Source: Camelus dromedarius (taxonomy: Eukaryota). From it: a DNA stretch of 64,000 nucleotides. How positions within the stretch are numbered: the first letter of the stretch is position 1; each line of letters starts with the position of its first letter. The notes below the pieces were generated by a model, which had not been told where the DNA came from, made no database searches, and saw only the letters and a program-made list of their open reading frames with translations. The position numbers and the translations under genes were made by a program. Shown piece by piece: positions 1 through 11,234 of the stretch. The stretch covers positions 12,030,001 through 12,094,000 of the forward strand of contig NC_087437.1 of the NCBI RefSeq assembly GCF_036321535.1, in the 5' to 3' direction.

Positions 1-59
1 AACCTCCATTTCCTTCCATTTTGTAACCTCCCAATTTTCAGTGTAAGGGTCTCAGACTG

Positions 60-263
60 CCCTGGGGGTCATGTCCATTATCACGGAAAAGACTGGAGAG
101 TTACAAAGGAAGGATTTTATGTGCAGACCCCCCAAAACAGCTGGTCCATTACACTGGCCGGAACTCAGTCATCCGGCTACTTTTAACCACAAGGAACAGA
201 GTCTAACTGTGTCCAAAAGCAAAAGGAACTCCATTTTGTGAAAAGCGAGCCAGTTTCTGCCAC
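60..263 (-). mobile_element. MaLR LTR fragment (MLT1J/K-like)
   Basis: Ends ...ttttgtgaaaagcgagccagtttctgccaca, the reverse complement of the TGTGGCAGA start of MLT1J/K-type LTRs; left edge uncertain. Confidence 0.55.
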
Positions 264-944
264 AGGGTCGACATAAGTTCTTTAACGGCTCAAGTTTTAC
301 GTCTGAAACTATTGCTTCTAGCAGAATAAATTTCTCTCCGGCAAGCTGTGATAAATGTTATGACTTTATATTTTATTTTATAGCACCCCCGCTCCATTCC
401 TCCTAAATTGCCTTATTGCCTTTTATTATGGGCGCTAATGATGAATTAAGTTAGACTGCTTAATAATTAAAAGTATCTCTAGGATAAAACCATATTTTCT
501 CTCTGAGGAAATTTATTTGGCTTTGTTCACAGCTGCAATATACTGTGCAAGAGAATTAGAATTCTTAGGAAATGAATGAGCAGATCTCTCCGTAGGTGAC
601 ATGGATGGGACTGTTCAGCTTGTTTGATTGTAAAAGAGAAGAATTCGTACAAAATATAAAGAGGAAATTTTCCCCAAAATAACACAGAAAGGAGTGTTAC
701 AAATCTCTTGGAATTACTTTGGGAACGTTAACCCTGGAAGGAGCTGATATGACCGAAAGAAAACTCTAGAAACAACCAATTTCTGATGCATATATGGAGA
801 CAGATTGCTAGGAAGAATAGTCCCATAGATTGGGGTCAAGCATAAGTGCTACCTAATGTCAAGGAAGGAGCTACCCCAAAAGAGTTTATTTTTTTGTTTT
901 TTCTGTAAAGCTGTATCATCTTAACACTGTAAAAATTTGCAAAA

Positions 945-1110
945 ATCTTGGATCCTATGCTTTATGGATGGGAGCAGAGGATCTATGAATGTACCAAATG
1001 AGGGTTAAAAATGTATGTCTTTGGGCTGCATTTTCCCAAGAGAGTCCATAGCTTTCGTTGCATTGTCAAAGAATCTTGTGATAACCCCCTGAAAGGCTTA
1101 GAACGTGCTG
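945..1110 (+). mobile_element. hAT-Charlie MITE (MER103C-like)
   Basis: gcattttcccaagagagtccatagctttc...caaagaatcttgtga...aaaggcttagaac resembles the recalled MER103C consensus. Confidence 0.5.
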
Positions 1111-1144
1111 AAAGAAGACTTGAATCTTAGGTTTGCTGAAACAC

Positions 1145-1368
1145 AGAGCATGTTGGCATCAGACACCAGCATTCAAAGCCATCTTCCACTGTCTATGTTG
1201 TCTTCAGTAGGGTAGGGAATCTCCTAGTCCTCCATCTGTTCCCCTGTAAAGGGAGGATTCATGCACCAATTTCTTGATATTGCTATGAAGAGTAAATTAA
1301 TAATACACATAATATACTTGATATGGTACCCAATACACAGTAAAATCTCAACAAGTGGTAGTTAATAT
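1145..1368 (+). mobile_element. MIR SINE
   Basis: MIR core and tail: cccctgtaaaggg...tgctatgaagagtaaatt...acacagtaaaatctcaacaagtggtagtta. Confidence 0.7.
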
Positions 1369-1444
1369 TTGGTGTCTTTAAAAATATTTTTCAGGAAATA
1401 AGATGAATTAGGGTTATTATGGGTGGCCCTAGAGGGAGGGTGGA

Positions 1445-2425
1445 AATGGAGTTATAGGAAGACACAGTTCAACTTAACATAGAGAATTCTGTAACAATTA
1501 TAGAAATGGATAAAAATAGAACCAGAGTACAGAGCAAAGAGCTCCATCACTGAGAGTATTTAATTCTTCTTTTTTAATTGAAGTAGTCAGTTACAATGTA
1601 TCAATTTCTGATATACAGCACAATGTCCCAATCATGCATATACATACCTATATTCATTTTCATATTCTTTTTCATTAAAGGTTATTACAAGATATTGAAC
1701 ATAGTTCCCAGTGCTATACAGAAGAAACTTTTTTAAAATCTGTTTTTATATATAGTGTCTAACATTTGCAAATCTCAAATTCCCAAATTTATCCCTTCCC
1801 ATCCCCTTTCCCCGGTAACTGTAAGATTGTTTACTATGTCTGCGAGTCTGTTTCTGTTTTGTAGATGAATTCAGTAGTGTCCATTTTTTCCTGATTCCGC
1901 ATAAGAGTGGAATTTTGTATTGTATCATATGGTATTTGTATCATATGATATTTTTCTTTCTCTTTCTTACTTATTTCACTTAGAATGACAATCTCTAGAT
2001 CCATCCATGTTGCTGCAAATGGCATTATTTTATTCTTTTTTATGGCTAAGTAGTGTTCTATTGTATAAATATACCACAACTTTTTTATCCACTCATCTGT
2101 TCATGGACATTTAGGTTGCTCCCATGGCTTGGCTATTGTATTTAGTGCTGCTATGAACATCAGGGTGCATGTATCTTTTCAAATTAGAGTTCCCTCCAGA
2201 TATATACCCAGCAATGGGATTGTTGGATCATACACTAAGTCTGTTTTTAGTTTTTTAAGGAGTCTCCATACTGTTTTCCATAATGGCTGCACCAAACTAC
2301 ATTTCCACCAGCTATCACTGGGAGTATTTAAATAGAGGAAGTCACTACTCATGGGAAGAGAAAATCTTTCTACATGATTAAATTAAGTTGCATCTGATGT
2401 CCCTTCTAAAGTTAATATTCCATGA
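1445..2425 (+). mobile_element. CR1/L3 LINE 3' end, split by an L1 insertion (pieces ~1445-1561 and ~2314-2425)
   Basis: ccatcactgagagtattt | aaatagagg...gtcccttctaaagttaatattccatga resembles the L3/CR1 3' terminus; the halves rejoin at the L1 TSD. Confidence 0.6.
1562..2313 (-). mobile_element. 5'-truncated lineage-specific L1 (ORF2 C-terminus, 3'UTR, tail)
   Basis: ORF 1834-2079 [34 protein letters not shown] is the L1 ORF2 C-terminus; 16-bp TSD atcactg(a/g)gagtattt at 1546-1561 and 2314-2329, TT|AAAT site on the - strand. Confidence 0.95.
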
Positions 2426-2914
2426 GTATTTTCAATAACTACCCTATAGAAAGAACTGTTAGAAAGAACTTAAATCTGATGGTGATTTTGATGTTTTTCT
2501 AATCCTTCACCCCAAGAAAAACATGTTTTCAAAAAGTAACTCATTAAATTTCTCAACTCCAGCAAGAAATTGGAAGCTTGTCAGGAACATGGTCCCATAT
2601 AGGCAGGTCTTTCTTCTTTGAAGAAAGCTTGACTCATGAATATCTGAAGTGACAGTGCACATATAAGGTAGTTATCTTTGCTTAACAGAGGGTTTTCACA
2701 CTGGTATTTACTGCAGTTTATGGACAACTCTGTAGAGACCCAGCAAATGTATGAAGTCTTTTTTTTTTTTTCCTTAACTCTGAGATCACCTACAGTGGTG
2801 AATACAGAAATATGGTTAACATATGTCTCTTAACTCATGGGCAGAGTGAAAAAAATATACCTTCAGAAAGAATTTATGCATTAATTTCTTTCTGGAACAG
2901 CAAGGTTGAAATTA

Positions 2915-3500
2915 AATGTACATCCATTCAGTGGAAACTTGCTCAGCAGCAACATGCGTGAATCTCAGAGATGCTTTGCTGAGTGAAAGAGGCATTACAC
3001 AAAAGAGTACATACTATATAATTCCCTTTGTATGAAGTTTTTATGAGCTTGAAGGAAAGAACACATTTATGATAAAAGAAATCAGAACGATGTTTATTGG
3101 AGTGGAGGGCAATTGATGGGGAAGGGACATGGGAAGAAATGGTGGGGGAGTGATAAATATCTTATATCTTGATAGGATTTGGGCCAAAACAGTATGTGAA
3201 TTTTTCAAGATCCAAGAAACAGTATGTAAATTTTTCAAATGGTATACCTAAAATTTGTGCATTTCACTGTATGTAAGCTTGCTTTAAAAATAAAGAATTG
3301 AAAACAACTTTAAACTTTAATAATATAAATTTCAATTTACTTTGAAATACATCAAAAAGTAATATAGATGATGGATGGATAGGTATGTGATAAGGTAAAT
3401 ACATCAAATGTTAACAATTATAGAGGCTAGCTGATTTATGGGTATTTACTGTACAATCTTTCCAACTTCTTCATACTTTGATATTTTTCATAATAAAGTC
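2915..3500 (+). mobile_element. Ancient L1M (L1MD/L1ME-like) 3' region
   Basis: gctgagtgaaagaggc...aaagagtacatactatataattcc...ggtatttactgtacaatctttccaacttc...tttcataataaa, typical L1M 3'UTR. Confidence 0.75.
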
Positions 3501-3867
3501 TTAGGGGAGAGGGAAATGAAATTACAGTTTTCCCTTCTCTCCTTCCAAAAGTTGAGTGTTACTATGGAATCTTTCCTAAGCCAAAAATGTAAAGCAAAGC
3601 ATATCCCCCGATTTCTGAGAGTTTGCAGTACACAACTTCACTTTTACAAAAGACCTGCAATAGTACCTGTTTTTCCCAACCAAAAGAAACATGAAGAGGA
3701 TTTTAGTTTTTACAAAAAAAAAAAAAAAAAAAAAAAAGCTCTCTTGTACTAACGTAAGTCTTATGTAAAAATGAAGTGGCGTGTTGCAAACTTTCAGACA
3801 GTAGGGGATACCTGTATTTGTAAACTCTGGTGCTTTAGCAGGAAAAAATTATTTTAGACTCAAACAA

Positions 3868-6800
3868 TACCATACACAAAAATTAATTCAAAAGGGATCA
3901 CAACCCTAAATATAAAGCTAACACTATAAAACTCAGCCCCCCTCCCCAAAAAAGAAAACCTTCATGACCTTGGGTTAAGCCAAAATTTTAGATATAACAC
4001 CAAAAGTATTCATAAAAATAAAACAGTTGACAAATTGATAAATTATTGAATTGATAAATTCAACATTTTAAAAACTTTTATGCTTCATAAAACATTAAGA
4101 AAGTGAAAACAAATCAGATTAGGAGAAAATATTTGTAAGGCATTACTTAATAAAGAACTGTTTCCAGGACATATAAAGCACCTCACAACTCAGTATTAAG
4201 AGAACTCAATTAAATATGGGCCAAAAACTTGAATAGTCACTCCACGGATGAAGGACACACAAATATATTCAATGTCATTTGTCTTTAGGGAAGACCACAA
4301 TTCACTTCACACCCACTAGGATAGTTTTGGTTTCCCAGTGCATAGAAAAGTCATGTTACACTGTACTGTAGTCTATTAAGTGTGCAATAGCATTATGTCT
4401 AAAAAATGTACATCCCTTATTTAAAAAATACTTTATTGCTAAAAAATGCTAACCATCGTCTGAAGCTTCAGCAAGTTCTAATCTTCTAATCTTTTAGCTG
4501 ATGGAGGGTCTTGCCACAAGCATGTTGATGGCTGCTGACTGATCAGGGTGGTGGTTACTCTGAAGGTTGGGATGGCTGTGGCAATTTCTTAAAATAAGAC
4601 AACAATGAATTTTGAGTCTTCATTCACAAATGATCTCTTTGTAGCATGTAGTGCTGTTTGATAGCACTTTATTCACTGTGAAGCTTTTAAAATTGAAGTC
4701 AATCCTTTCAAACCCTATTACTGCTTTGTCAACTAAATTTATGTAATATTCTAAATTCTTTGTTGTCTTTTCATTAATTTTCACAATATCTTCACCAGGA
4801 GTAGATTCCATCTCAACAAACCATTTTCTCTGCTCACCCATAAGAAGCAACTCCTCATCTGTTCAAATTTTATCATGAGAGTGCAGCAATTCAGTCACAC
4901 CTTGAAGCTCCACTTCTAATTCTAGTTCTCTTGCTGTTTTCACCATATCTGCTGTTACTTCCTCCATGGAAGTCTTGAACCTCTCAAAGTGATTTATGAG
5001 GGTTGAAGTCAACTTCTTCCAAACTCCTGTTCGTGTTGATGTTTTTTACCTCTTCTCATGAATCACAAATGTTCTTAATGGCATCAGAATGGTGAATCCT
5101 TTCCAGAAGTTTTTCAGCTTACTTTGCTCAGATCCATCAGAGGAATCACTGTCCATGGCAGCTGTAGCCTTATGAAATGTATTTCTTAAGTAATAACACT
5201 TGAAAGTGGAAATGACTCCTTGATCCATGGGCTGCAGAATGGATGTTGTGTCAGCAGGCATGGGGACAACATTAGACTTCTTGTCCATCTCTATCTGAGC
5301 TCTTGGGTGACCAGGTGCATTGCCAGTGAGCAGTCATGTTTTGAAAGGAATCTTTTTTTTTTTTCCTGAGCAGTATGTCTCAACAGTGGCCTTAAAACGT
5401 TCAGCAAACCATGTTACGAACAGATGTGCTGTCATTCAGGCTTTGTTGTTCCATTTCTAGAGCCCAGGCAGAGTAGATTTAGCATCATTCTTCAGGGCCC
5501 TAGGATTTTCAGAATGGTAAATGATCATTGGCTTCAGCTCTAAGTCACCAGCTGCATTAGCCTCTAACAAGAGTCAGCCTGCCCTTTGAGGCTTTGAAGC
5601 CAGGCACTGACTTCTCCTCTCTATCTATGAAAGTTTTAGATGGTATTTTCTTCCCATATAAAGCATTTATGAATGCTTTATTTGTGAGACACCTTCATGA
5701 ATGACCTGAGCTAGATCTTCTGGAGAACTTGCTTCACCTTGCACTTTTATGTTATGGAGACAGCTTCTTTATTTAAACCTCATGAACCAATCTCTGCTCC
5801 TTCAAACTTTTCTTCTGCAGCTTCCTCACCTCTCTCAGGCTTCATAGAATTGAAAAGTGTTAGGGTGTTGCTATGGACTGGGCTTTAGTTTAAGGGAATG
5901 TTGTGGCTGGTTTGATTTAATATCCTGGCCACAAAAACTATCTCCATATCAGCAGTAAGGCTGTTTCCTTTCTTCATTCATATGTTCACTGGAGTAGCAC
6001 TTTTATTTTCCTTGAAGAACTTTTCCTTTGTGTTTACGACTTGGCTAACTGTTTGGTGCAAGAGGCCTAGCTTTCAGCCTGTCTTGGCTTTCAACAAGCC
6101 TTCCTCATGAAGCTTCATCATTTCTACCTTTTGGTTGAAAGTGAGAGATGTGTGACTCTTCCTTTCACTTGAACACTTAGACCCCATTGTAGGGCTATTA
6201 ACCTGCCTAATTTCAGTATTGTTGTGTTTCAGTGAATAGAGAGACCCAAGGGGAGAGAGAGAGATGGGGGGACAGCCTGTCAGTGGAGCAGTCAGAACAC
6301 ACACAACATTTATTAGTTACGTTTGCCATCTTAAATGAAGTTCTTGGTGCCCCAAAACAAATATAGTAGTAACTTCCAAAATCACTGATCATAGATCACC
6401 ATAACAAATATGATAATAATGGAAACGTTTAAAATATTTCAAATAATAAATGAGAATTACCATATTGTGACACAAAGACTCAAAATAAGCAAATGCTATT
6501 GGAAAAATAGTGCCAATAGACTTTCTGGTTGCAGGGTTGCCACAGACCCTCAATTTGTAAAGGACACAGTATCTGTGAATTGGGATAAGTGAACCACAAG
6601 AAAATGAGGTATGATTGTAAGGACTCAAAAAGGGATGTTCAGAATGGCATTATTCATAGTAGCAAAAACTGAAAATAATCAAAATGTCCAATTGGTGAGT
6701 GCTAAACAAATGTGGTATATTCATATAATGGAATGCTTTTTGGCAATGAAAAGGAACAGACTACTAATACGTGCTATGACCTGGTTGAACCTCAAAAACA

Positions 6801-7060
6801 TTTTGCTAAGTGAATGAGGCCAGTTACCAAAAGACCTCAAAATCTGTTTTCACTTGCATGAAATGTCTAGAAGAGGCAAATCTACAGAGACAAAAAATAA
6901 GTAAATGATTGCCTAGGAAGATGCAGGGATTGACTGACAATGAACAAGAGGAATCTTTTGGGGGTGATGGAAATGTTCTAAACCTAGATTGTAGCTGTGG
7001 TTGCCCACTTCTGTAAGTTCACTGAAAATCACTGAATTGTACATTTCAAATGAGGGAATG
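3868..7060 (+). mobile_element. Ancient L1M ORF2 3' part and 3'UTR, interrupted by Tigger1 (pieces ~3868-4324 and ~6620-7060)
   Basis: catacacaaaaattaattcaaa...cacacccactaggatag, then after the Tigger ggatgttc...ttattcatagtagcaaaaactg (ALFIVAK...MWYIHIMEC) through ggggtgatggaaatgttctaaac. Confidence 0.85.
4325..6617 (-). mobile_element. Tigger1 (pogo/Tc1-mariner) DNA transposon, near full length, decayed transposase, one TIR missing
   Basis: N-terminus MGSKCSSERKSHTSLTFNQKVEMMKL (ATG at 6187); DDE_1 motif [24 protein letters not shown] (5046-5288); TIR-like aaaatgaggtatgattg followed by TA at 6618-6619; ORF broken into several frames. Confidence 0.95.
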
Positions 7061-7164
7061 GTGTGTTAGTATCTAAAATCTATGGAGAATGGCATATGAA
7101 ACATAGACTGGTAGAATGCAAAAAAATTGGATTCTATTGATAAACAGAGTTTTGTAGCTATGAG

Positions 7165-7370
7165 AATGGAATCTGGTATGTGATTTCCTTCATCCTTACT
7201 GTGTGATTTCTTAAAGTTAAACCCTCTATGATTTATTTTACTCCTCTATAAAATAGGAATAATACTATCTACCTCTCACTAATGTTAAGAAAATTAAGTG
7301 AGATGAACAGTACCTTAACACAGCATTTAGCACACTGTGAGCTTAATAAATGTCAGCTGTTATTACCATG
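7165..7370 (+). mobile_element. MIR SINE
   Basis: ctctataaaataggaataatactatctacctctc...aattaagtgagatgaa...ttaataaatgtcagctgttatt. Confidence 0.75.
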
Positions 7371-9131
7371 ATGATGATGAAGCTGTAGGGGAATTGGCCA
7401 TATTTTCGCTGTTTCTTTTTGGCTCAGAGAGCTTAATCTTGAATGAAAGTATTTGCTCCCAAGATTTGGTGCTAGGTTTTGTAGATATCCTTCCTGAAAG
7501 AGCCTTGGTGGTACATCCTTTTCTAGTTCCTTATCTGACTTCTCATTTTACTTCTCTCCCTCTTGGCCATGGTGCCTTTAATTTCTTCTCATCAGATGCT
7601 TTCCAGAGTGCTACCTCTAGCAGCTGCCTGGTCCTTCTCATTTGCATCTTCCTGTGGTGCTGATTAACTCAGATCAGCCTTGAAACAATGTGCGTAAGAA
7701 AAATCCAGCATAGCTCAAGGAGGGTCTGAGGTCTTTGCCTACAAAGTAAAATGAATGGGGTTTTATTGCTTGCATTTTGTGAGGACTTTACTAGACATCC
7801 ATAGGCTAATTTTTGTAATGTAATTTTTGCTTGACATAATTTTGATTTAGGGAAAATGGAGCGTGAGAGAATGGTCATGTCCCAGGTCTTGAATGAGTCC
7901 CTGGAATGCACCCTGCCAAGCAAGAGTCCTTGGCTTTCTGCAGGAAATAATTCAAGAGTAAATTATAGTTGAGTAAAGGTAGATTTATTCAGAGAGGTAC
8001 ATTCTCCATACACAGAGCAGGCTGTCTCAGAAGGCAAGAGAGAGTCAAGATGGCAGAGTGGTAGGCCCATGAGCTCACCTCTCCTTGTGCCTACAGTGAA
8101 ACCACAACTGAATGCTAAACAACCATCGAAAAAAAGAGTGGAACCTAGCAAAAAAGATCTTCTGCAACTGGAAACATAAAGAGGGAATCACAACAGGATG
8201 GTAGGACATGATTGTGATATAATTGGGCCCCATACCCCTTGGGTGGGTGACCCACAAGTTGAAGAATAGTTAAGTTGTAGAGGCCCTCCCACAGGAGTGA
8301 GAGCTCTAAGCCCCATGTCAGGGTGCCCAGCCCGGGCCCTGGCATTGGGAAGAGAAGGAGACTCCAGGACTTCTGGTTTTGAAGGCCAGCAGGGTTTGGG
8401 CTTGGCTCTGGGAGCCCCATGGGGACTGAGGGAAATGGAGACTTCATTCACTTGGGAAGGGTACATGGAAACTCACATGCACCAGGCCAAGGGCAGACAC
8501 AGTGATTTCATAGGAACGTGGGCCAGGCCTGCCTGCTGGTTTTGGAGGGTCTCCTGGGGACATAGGGGATGGATGCAGCTCACCCAGGGGACATAAAAGC
8601 TGGTGGCAGACATTCTGGGATTGGGGATTGTTCATCTACGTGAGCTTTCCTGGAGTCTGACATCTTGATTGGATCATTAGCACCAAGACCTAGCCCCACC
8701 CTACATCCTGTAGGGAAGCCTCAGGCCAAACAACACACAGTGTGGGAACACAGCCACATCCATCATCAGACTTCTTAAGCCACAAAGGCCTCTAGACAGG
8801 GCCCTACCCACCAGGGGTCCAGGACTAACCTTCACCCAGCAGTGGGCAGGCATTGGCTCCTCTTGCCAAGAACCCTGCATAAGCCTCTAGTCCAGCCTTA
8901 TCCACCAGGGGCGGGTACCAGAAATAAGAAAACAACAACCCCAAAGCCTGTGGAAGGAATCCAGAAACACAGGCCAGGCTCTACACTGTGACTGGCTGGA
9001 CCCTGTCCCTTGTGTGACAAGAGAGAAGTGTCCTGCTGGGACACATAGGACATCTCCCACAGAAGGCCATTTCTCCAAGGTCAAGAAATGTAACTAACCT
9101 ACCTAAAAATACAAATAGAAGGATAGATAAT

Positions 9132-10004
9132 ATGAGGCAGCAAATGAGTATCTCCCAGGCTAAAGCACAATATAAACTCCCAGAAGAAGAAATAAGTGAT
9201 GAGGAGATAGGCAATTTATCTGAGAAAAAGTTTAAAGTAATGATGGCCAAGATGTTCAGAGAACTCAAGAGGAGTATAGATGCCCAGAGCAAAGTTTTTA
9301 GCAAAGAGCTGGAAAATATAAAAAATACCCAGAGTTGAAGAATAAAAATCACTAAAATGAGTAACACACAAGAAGGAACTAAGAATAGACTAAATGATAC
9401 AGAAGAATGGATCAGTGAGCTAGAAGACAGATTAGTGGAGATCACAACTGCAGAAAAGAAAAAAGGAAAAAGAATGAAAAGAAATGAAGATCGTTTAAGA
9501 GAACTCTGGGACAACATGAAACACACTGATATTTGCATTATAGGGGTCCCAGAAAGAGAAGAGAGAGAGAGAAAGGACCTGAGAAAATTTTTGGAGAGAT
9601 AATCACTGAAAACTTCCCCAACTTGGGAAAGGAAACAGTCACCCAAGTCTAGGAAGCACAGAGAGTACCCAAAAGAGGAACACACCAAGGCACATAGTCA
9701 TCAAATCGACAAAAAAGAGAAAATATTAAAATTGGCAAGAGAAAAACAACAAATAACATACAAGGGAGCTCCCATAAGGTTATCAGCTGATTTTTCAGCA
9801 GAAACTCTACAGGGCAGAAGGGAGTGGTGTGACATATTTAAAGTGATGAAAGGGGAAAACTAACAACCAAGGATACTCTTCCCATCCAGCAAGGCTCTCG
9901 TTCAGACTGATGGAGAAATCAGAAGCTTCACAGACAAACCAAAGCTAAAAGATTTCAGCATCACCAAACCAGCTTTAGAACAAATGTTAAAGGACCTTCT
10001 CTAG
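9132..10004 (+). pseudogene. L1 ORF1p (RNA-binding chaperone), frameshifted
   Basis: EEIGNLSEKKFKVMMAKM, RLNDTEEWISELEDR...LRELWDNMKHTDICIIGVPE, IRLSADFSAETL, ending LKDLL-TAG at 10004; split over several frames. Confidence 0.9.
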
Positions 10005-10069
10005 TCATCAAACCCTAAGAAAAGAGAACAAAAAGAAGGAAAAAAAAAAAAAAAAAAGACCGACAAAAG

Positions 10070-10347
10070 ATTGCTTTGGCTGTTTGGGGTCTTTTGTGGT
10101 TCCTTATAAATTCTGGAATTGTTTGTTCTAGTTTTGTGAGGAATGTTGTGAGTATTTTGATGGGGGCTGCATTGGATCTGTGGATTGCTTTGGGTAGTGT
10201 GGCCATTTTGATAGTGTTGATTCTTCCAATCCAAGAGCACAAGAAATCTTTCCATTCCTTTATGTCATTTAGGTTTTCATAATATAAGTAACCTCCTTGG
10301 TTAAGTTTATTTCTAGATATTTTGTTGTTTATGATACAATGGAAATG
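10070..10347 (-). mobile_element. Inverted L1 ORF2 internal fragment
   Basis: CSWIGRINTIKMATLPKAIHRSNAAPIKI...KRPQTAKAI matches L1 ORF2 just downstream of the RT core. Confidence 0.9.
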
Positions 10348-10410
10348 TTTATGCCAGTTATAAAATTCTGGTTTTTGAAATGAAAAAAAAAAAGTAGAAA
10401 AAGTAAATGA

Positions 10411-10590
10411 AGGCTGGAAATGGTGAAATATTCTTCTTTCTTATGGGTGAGTTGTATTCCATTACACATATATATGCTGCATCTTCTTTATCTATTCAAC
10501 TATTGATGTGCACTTAGGATGCTTCCATATCTTGGCAATTACAAATAATGCTGCTGTTAGTAGCAGGGTGTATGTATCTTTTTAAATTAA
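10411..10590 (-). mobile_element. Diverged L1 ORF2 3'-end fragment
   Basis: ttatgggtgagttgtattccatt...cacttaggatgcttccatatcttggcaatt...aataatgctgc. Confidence 0.75.
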
Positions 10591-10715
10591 TTCTTATTTT
10601 GTGATGGCTTTATTCCTTTGATAACTATGTAAGTTTAAAAAGCTAAAGCTCTAAATCTTAGAAACAATGAACAGTACATATATGTAAATTTTAAAAAATA
10701 TATGTGCAGTTAAAA

Positions 10716-11234
10716 AAATTAGTTATCAAGCCAGGAAAGACATGGAAGAAACTTATAAGACATATTACTAAATGAAAGAAACCAGTCTGAAAAGGTTACA
10801 AACTGTATGGTTCTAACCAAATGACATTCTGGAAAAGGCAAAGCTACAGAAACAGCAAAAAGATCATGGTTTCCAGGGGCTTGGGGAGAACGAGTGAGGG
10901 AGGAATAAATAGATGGAATATGAGGGATTTTTAGGGCAATGAAGTTATTCTGTATGATACTATAATGGTGGCTACATGTCATTATGCATTTGTCAAAGCC
11001 CATAGAATGTACAACATCAAGAGTGAACCCTAATGTAAACTGTGGACTTTGGTTGATAATAAGGTGTCCTTGTTGGTTCATCCCTTGTACCAAATATGCC
11101 ACACTGATGAGGGATGTTGAGGGGAGGGGAGTATATATGTGTGGATGGGGAGGGCTATGTGCAAACTCTCTGTATTTTCTGCTGAATTCTGCTGTGAATC
11201 TGAAAAGTGCTCTAAAAAATAAAGACTATTAATT
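10716..11234 (+). mobile_element. Ancient L1MC-like 3'UTR
   Basis: atgacattctggaaaaggcaaa, gagtgaaccctaatgtaaactgtggactttgg and ending gctctaaaaaataaagactattaa, characteristic of L1MC1/2-type 3' ends. Confidence 0.85.

Noticed and set aside
4325..6617. Possible domesticated TIGD1-like gene
   Set aside because: Transposase is broken into short ORFs by stops, frameshifts and deletions.
8981..9688. 235-aa - strand ORF
   Set aside because: Antisense shadow of A-rich L1 ORF1, hence F/L/S-rich; not a gene.
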